Part shown: positions 23,708-28,101 of the stretch, piece by piece
Layout of the letters: each line of letters begins with the position of its first letter
Numbering within the stretch: position 1 is the first letter of the stretch
IMG/VR virus record: IMGVR_UViG_3300017985_000095
Coordinates: 1 to 28,101 of that record
From: a virus
Taxonomy: Duplodnaviria; Caudoviricetes
DNA length: 28,101 nt
Strand: one strand, 5' to 3'
Made by a program: the position numbers and the translations under genes
Notes under the pieces: generated by a model
The model's database searches: none
Told to the model about the DNA's origin: nothing
The model's input: only the letters and a program-made list of their open reading frames with translations

Positions 23708-26226
23708 TAGTCGTCTCTTTCCGTAGGTGTTTCAACACCTATGTCTTCACCCGTATCTGAATTTTCATCTAGTTCTTGTGTAAACACCCATTCACCGAAA
23801 TCGTAATCATATACCATTCCGTTTACTGGTGGATTTTCCACAAGTGTTTTTTCTATTATGTCGTTAATTTCTTCGGTCTCTGTTTCTTTTTGTTCATCCG
23901 TAGGAAACAACATTAAACTACCTTGTAAGTTTTGTCTGAATACACCATTACTTAAATATGTAGTTATAGTGTTCGCTCTGTATATTAAACTAATACTTGA
24001 CTTACCTGGAACACCACTTGCTAAGTCACGACCTAAATTTTTTGTTCCTGTGTCCGCTAGACCTGTTCTTACATTGTAGTCTACTGGAGTGTTGTAATTT
24101 ATCGCAAACAAAACTTCACTTGAATCGTAGTTCACACTTCCATCATGCATAAATGGTCCTAAACCAATTCCCACACTATCTGGACTATAAAACAATTCAC
24201 TTTGTGCAATCCAGTCAGGGTCACCTAAGATTGTTAAACTAGCTGAAGCTTGGTCACTAGGTGAATACAAAATACTTGCTGCATTGGCTGCACCTTCTGC
24301 AACTCTGTTTTTACCACCCTGATTACTTTCACTACTATTACGTTGGTAATATCTTTTTTGTAATTCACGAGCATTGTTTTGTAAATGTGCAACACCCGTG
24401 TCTGCACCCATAGTTTGGTAATACAAATAATTGTAGTCTTGTCTAAAGTCTATTACTTCTGTATTTTCACCAGTAAACCAATAATTGTATTCCTTATGTA
24501 CACCTCTAAACTTTGCTGGACCAAAATATGGTGAACGTAAGTTATTAATTTGATACCTTGATATAAGATATTTTATTTCGTATGCATAGTCATTGCGTTT
24601 ATTATCATATTCTAATATCTTTACTTGTGTTCTTATTTTGAACCACTGTAATACCTCAGGACTTTTATCTTTCTTACTAACCTTTCCAGTCTTTTCATCA
24701 AACTTAATATTCTGTTGATCAGATATGTATGTACTTGTTCTTATTAACATATCTATCGCTTGTACAATTGAAGTACCTGCTTGTATGGAAAAGCGTTTTG
24801 TTTTTGGATCATAAAATCCTTTGTTAGTTAACAAGTTTTGTTGGGCTTTTTGTGTCAGTGACATATTTGTAGAATCCAAATCTGTCGTGTCAGCCGTTGT
24901 TATAACACTTGAAGTACCAATTCCACTGTCCTTTTCAAATTCAATTTTGTAAACGTTTGCATGTTCGTATACTTGTTTGTTCACTAAAGTTTTTTGTTCA
25001 GTGTTAAGTGCATCTACAAGTGATATTTGATAATTGGTCTCTAATAATTCATCTTGTGCTTCTAAATCTTCTGCACTTTTATCTTCATTTGTATCTTCAT
25101 TTGCGTTTACACTTATTCCTGATAAAACTTGTTTAATACTTTGACCCATAAGTTCAGTATTAAATGGAATAGTAGAGTTAGCTACACCAAATGGTATTTG
25201 TGTTTGTGGTGCAACTGCTTTACATCTATATCTTATAATATCATTTTCAATTGCAAACTGAATACTACTAAATTGAAAGGGGATAAACTTTTCACTTACT
25301 GAAGTTAAGTCCGTAAGGGATTCACTTATTCCAATATCACGTGCTGTAATTTGTTTACCGTTTTTGTCATAGCCATAAAAACGCACAACCATGAGGAAAT
25401 TCTGTGATGCATAGTTTATACGGTCTTTACTTACACCTTCTGTAATATTGTATTCTTGAACAATACCATGAAGTTGTTCTAAAAACGTTAACCCTTGGGA
25501 CTCTGTAATTACAAAATTCATTTCAAATGAATTATGCGCTGATCCAACACTTGTTCCACTTACCATGCCTTTTATTTCGATGTCGTCTATATAAAAGTCA
25601 TTTTTAAAAAAGTTCTCACTACGTTTTGCACCATGATTACCAGCTGGATTATTACTGATACCTCCACTTTGTAATAGTAGATACAAACCCTTAACACTTT
25701 TTGTTCCACTGCTGACCATTTCATTGTATTGTGCTTTGCCCAACATATACAAACTCACACTGTATGTCATCGTGGCGAAATCTTTAAATTTATTTGGCGT
25801 TGATTTAATATCTTCTAAAAATTCAGGTGGTATATTTTCTATTGATTCGTTTACTACATTTTGTGTTGGATTCACATCTCCATCATCATCTTTATTATTA
25901 ACTGTAGTTGTCTCATCTTTTATACTGGAACCTGCATCTTCTACACCTACAAGATCTTCAATAGTTTTTGTTTGTGGAAATTTTGCATTAGTATTTTCTA
26001 GAATTCTTAAGTTTAAATCTTCACCTAGAGTATTTTTACTAATAGGATTTTTAGAAACATTATCAGGAGTTTCTTCTTTTATAAATGGAGATTGAACACG
26101 TGCTGATTCTTTCTTTGCTTTCTTATCTTCGTTTACTTGTGCAGCAGCATTGTTTTCTGCTGAATTTCCCAGAGCATCACCCTCAGGTGTTTTCTTTAAT
26201 ATAATTGGAATTGGACCAAGTACCAT
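23707..26226 (-). CDS. baseplate hub protein (gp27 / Mu gp44-like), with acidic low-complexity termini
   Basis: 839 aa, between gp53-like and gp5-like genes; FYIDDIEI, FSIQAGTSIVQAIDMLI, ASLTILGDP and YRANTITTYLSNGVFRQNL fit the hub double beta-barrel architecture. Mainly synteny plus motifs. Confidence 0.65.
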   Translation of the reverse strand: MVLGPIPIILKKTPEGDALGNSAENNAAAQVNEDKKAKKESARVQSPFIKEETPDNVSKNPISKNTLGEDLNLRILENTNAKFPQTKTIEDLVGVEDAGSSIKDETTTVNNKDDDGDVNPTQNVVNESIENIPPEFLEDIKSTPNKFKDFATMTYSVSLYMLGKAQYNEMVSSGTKSVKGLYLLLQSGGISNNPAGNHGAKRSENFFKNDFYIDDIEIKGMVSGTSVGSAHNSFEMNFVITESQGLTFLEQLHGIVQEYNITEGVSKDRINYASQNFLMVVRFYGYDKNGKQITARDIGISESLTDLTSVSEKFIPFQFSSIQFAIENDIIRYRCKAVAPQTQIPFGVANSTIPFNTELMGQSIKQVLSGISVNANEDTNEDKSAEDLEAQDELLETNYQISLVDALNTEQKTLVNKQVYEHANVYKIEFEKDSGIGTSSVITTADTTDLDSTNMSLTQKAQQNLLTNKGFYDPKTKRFSIQAGTSIVQAIDMLIRTSTYISDQQNIKFDEKTGKVSKKDKSPEVLQWFKIRTQVKILEYDNKRNDYAYEIKYLISRYQINNLRSPYFGPAKFRGVHKEYNYWFTGENTEVIDFRQDYNYLYYQTMGADTGVAHLQNNARELQKRYYQRNSSESNQGGKNRVAEGAANAASILYSPSDQASASLTILGDPDWIAQSELFYSPDSVGIGLGPFMHDGSVNYDSSEVLFAINYNTPVDYNVRTGLADTGTKNLGRDLASGVPGKSSISLIYRANTITTYLSNGVFRQNLQGSLMLFPTDEQKETETEEINDIIEKTLVENPPVNGMVYDYDFGEWVFTQELDENSDTGEDIGVETPTERDD

Positions 26227-26227
26227 T

Positions 26228-26521
26228 TTAGAATCCCAATGTTTCTTTTAAAACATCCAATTTAGGAATACGTATCGTTGTACCTTCTTTAAAATCATTT
26301 AAAGGGTCAATTAATGTATTTGGATTACGTGCAGCGAACACCCACCATAAATCTGTTTCTTTATACAAATCGTATGCTAACAAATCCGGTCGTTTGTCGT
26401 AAACACTTGTTATCTTAAAACTTATATCGTCACTATATTTTGGTATGCTTCTATTTTTCATCATACCCAAACCCTTCTTGTTTATTGTTGTTTCAAAATA
26501 TGGACTTGTTGCACTATACAT
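26228..26521 (-). CDS. gp53: LysM-type baseplate wedge protein, gp53-like
   Basis: Start reassigned to ATG 26521 (TAATG overlap with upstream stop), 97 aa; RPDLLAYDLY...LWWVFA.RN...DP..DF..G..IRIP is the gp53/gpX LysM signature. Confidence 0.88.
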   Translation of the reverse strand: MYSATSPYFETTINKKGLGMMKNRSIPKYSDDISFKITSVYDKRPDLLAYDLYKETDLWWVFAARNPNTLIDPLNDFKEGTTIRIPKLDVLKETLGF

Positions 26522-28101
26522 TACCAATAACCTCTCTTAATTAATTTACCACTACTGAAATCCTTAAGACTAAATTCATTACTGACCTGTGATCTTGTTT
26601 GTACTGGAATGAGATAAAAGTTTATCGTCAAACTAGTGGGTACATATGTAATCCCTTTTTCAGCATACTGATTAACTCCAATTTCTTCTTCAATTGATGT
26701 TTCGGCAGAACCACCAAAACTAAGTCCACTACCAAATAATCTATTTAATGAACTAGAAATAAAATTACTTGTATTCTTTGATTTAGTATTTGTGTCTATG
26801 GGTCCTAAAAAATTACTTTCTTGATAATTTACATCGCCTGCTTTGATATAATCAACATCGTCCGGAAAATCCATAGTTACATCTTTAACAACACAAGGAT
26901 GTTCATTAAATTGATATTCACCGAAACCACTTAAGAAAACAAGTGGAGGTGGTGTGCCACGTTGAACATCTTGTCCATAAAACATTTTTGTTATAGTTTT
27001 GAAGAAATGTGTAACAGCTAATAGATAATTCGCTTCTTTTGTATCTTGTGCTGTAAACTTTGCTCTCATTAATACATCGTTGACTGTACTTCTTCCATAA
27101 AATATTGATCTTACATTACTATGGGGTAAGGTGTCAGAACTATATCCTGCTGAATAGGATGTTGTAATAGCAGGTGTGTAAGGAAATAAAACACCATCCG
27201 TTTCTTTTAAAGGTGCAAGTATTCCAGGATTTGGATCGTTATATAAGTAGTCACTTTGTGGTGCTAAACGTAGTCTAACTCTCCAATCGTCAGGATTTAC
27301 TCCTTTCCTTAATTCACTAACACTTGGTTGATTAGCCGGATTCTGTATGTTTTGTGAATTAGTATAATTATTTTCGTTATTTGCTGTATTGTTTGCTAGT
27401 TCACCAGTAGTTGGTGCTGTTGAACTTATTATATTACCGTTTTCGTCTTGAACTTGTGTTGTACCATCCGCAAATGTAGTAACAATATTTCCATCGTCAT
27501 CGAAGTCTGTATCAACAACTGGATTACCTCTGCTGTTTACATTTGAGACTGTAGTGTTGTCTGTTGACCATTCAACATTATCTAATTCGTCTGCACCATC
27601 ATCAAATTCGCTTACAGTAGTGTCGTCTGTTGACCATTCAACATTATCTAATTCGTCTGCCCCATCATCAAACTCTCCATTAAATTTTTCATTTACTTGG
27701 TCTGATGTTTGATATTGTGAGTTAGATAATTCTGTATATTCGCCTGTTCTATAATCCCATTGTGATTCTGTTACACCTGTTAAATTACCATCAGCATCGT
27801 AATTTTTTGTAACATTAATTTGTGCCGCATCTCTACTATCTTCTGCATCTCTAATTTCTGCACTTAAGTTTCTAGACTCTTCACTTTTAATCCAGTCAAT
27901 ACCCGTTGAACCTGGATTGTCTGCTAGGTATTTTGTTCTTGCATCTTGATAATCTGTTTTTAAATCATCTACTTCATCTTGCCAAAATTGACTTTCAGAT
28001 GTGTCTACTGATTCTTTAACATCAAATGCTGTTCTAATTTCCTCACCACCTGTTGTTGTAGAATTATCTATAACTGTTGTTTTAATATCTTTAGGTGTTT
28101 C
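26521..28101 (-). CDS. tail-tube initiator / baseplate-tube junction protein (gp48/gp54, CIS-tube-like), 5'-truncated, at least 526 aa
   Basis: The 182-aa track ORF is only the C-terminus: hand translation shows no stop from 27070 to 28101. Core DWRVRL..GVLFPYTP.I..SY..HSN..FTAQ..HFF..KMFYG..GTPPPLVFLSGFGEYQF..PCVV..FPDDVDY is tube-fold-like; immediately upstream of the LysM wedge gene. Confidence 0.75.
   Translation of the reverse strand, partial: ETPKDIKTTVIDNSTTTGGEEIRTAFDVKESVDTSESQFWQDEVDDLKTDYQDARTKYLADNPGSTGIDWIKSEESRNLSAEIRDAEDSRDAAQINVTKNYDADGNLTGVTESQWDYRTGEYTELSNSQYQTSDQVNEKFNGEFDDGADELDNVEWSTDDTTVSEFDDGADELDNVEWSTDNTTVSNVNSRGNPVVDTDFDDDGNIVTTFADGTTQVQDENGNIISSTAPTTGELANNTANNENNYTNSQNIQNPANQPSVSELRKGVNPDDWRVRLRLAPQSDYLYNDPNPGILAPLKETDGVLFPYTPAITTSYSAGYSSDTLPHSNVRSIFYGRSTVNDVLMRAKFTAQDTKEANYLLAVTHFFKTITKMFYGQDVQRGTPPPLVFLSGFGEYQFNEHPCVVKDVTMDFPDDVDYIKAGDVNYQESNFLGPIDTNTKSKNTSNFISSSLNRLFGSGLSFGGSAETSIEEEIGVNQYAEKGITYVPTSLTINFYLIPVQTRSQVSNEFSLKDFSSGKLIKRGYW
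27551..27675. repeat. in-frame tandem duplication, period 66 bp (22 aa)
   Basis: 27551-27609 and 27617-27675 differ at 3 of 59 nt; encode EFDDGADELDNVEWSTD[DN]TTVS twice. Confidence 0.95.

Noticed and set aside
1307-26095. All plus-strand ORFs in the track (e.g. 2606..2974, 5255..5842, 6149..6550, 20964..21455, 25724..26095)
   Set aside because: They lie antisense to well-supported genes, many in the codon-mirrored frame, often start at non-ATG codons and show no recognisable motifs; treated as shadow ORFs.
27551-27675. CRISPR-like repeat
   Set aside because: Only two copies, period is a multiple of three, no unique spacer, and it lies within an open coding frame.
1-28101. Stop-codon reassignment as seen in some large phages
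   Set aside because: Standard code gives near-complete coding density; TAG (2563, 6505, 18575) and TGA (413, 1198) end genes at sensible boundaries.
6505-28101. Bacterial extracellular contractile injection system or tailocin rather than phage
   Set aside because: T4-type late promoters, cUUCGg terminator, giant wedge protein and jumbo-phage-style fibres favour a phage. Capsid genes are outside the window, so this is not formally excluded.

Overview
AT-rich segment of a large (probably jumbo) contractile-tailed phage of the broad T4-like superfamily. All 17 supportable genes lie on the minus strand. In order of transcription (right to left): tail-tube initiator-like protein (5'-truncated, at least 526 aa), gp53/LysM wedge protein, baseplate hub, gp5-like spike without lysozyme, gp25, gp6, a giant 3771-aa gp7/gpI-like wedge protein, an unannotated 42-aa micro-paralog, a 201-aa baseplate/fibre adaptor, tail fibre 1, a 2OG-Fe(II) oxygenase, a putative fibre chaperone, tail fibre 2 with an intramolecular-chaperone C-terminus and a Ser/Thr-rich virion protein. 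After a cUUCGg terminator comes a separate unit of a 99-aa protein and two GT-A glycosyltransferases (the last 3'-truncated). Every intergenic gap longer than 10 nt carries an ATAA(A/C/T)TA late-promoter-like motif, two of them placed for leaderless mRNAs. Best leads: (i) a possible virion/fibre modification system (hydroxylase plus glycosyltransferase pair), (ii) six dispersed triple T-x-D cassettes and three triple aromatic-Asp cassettes in the giant wedge protein that may be docking sites for trimeric appendages, (iii) the 42-aa micro-protein that copies the N-terminal hairpin of its neighbour. All family assignments come from motif recognition by eye; no database searches were run.
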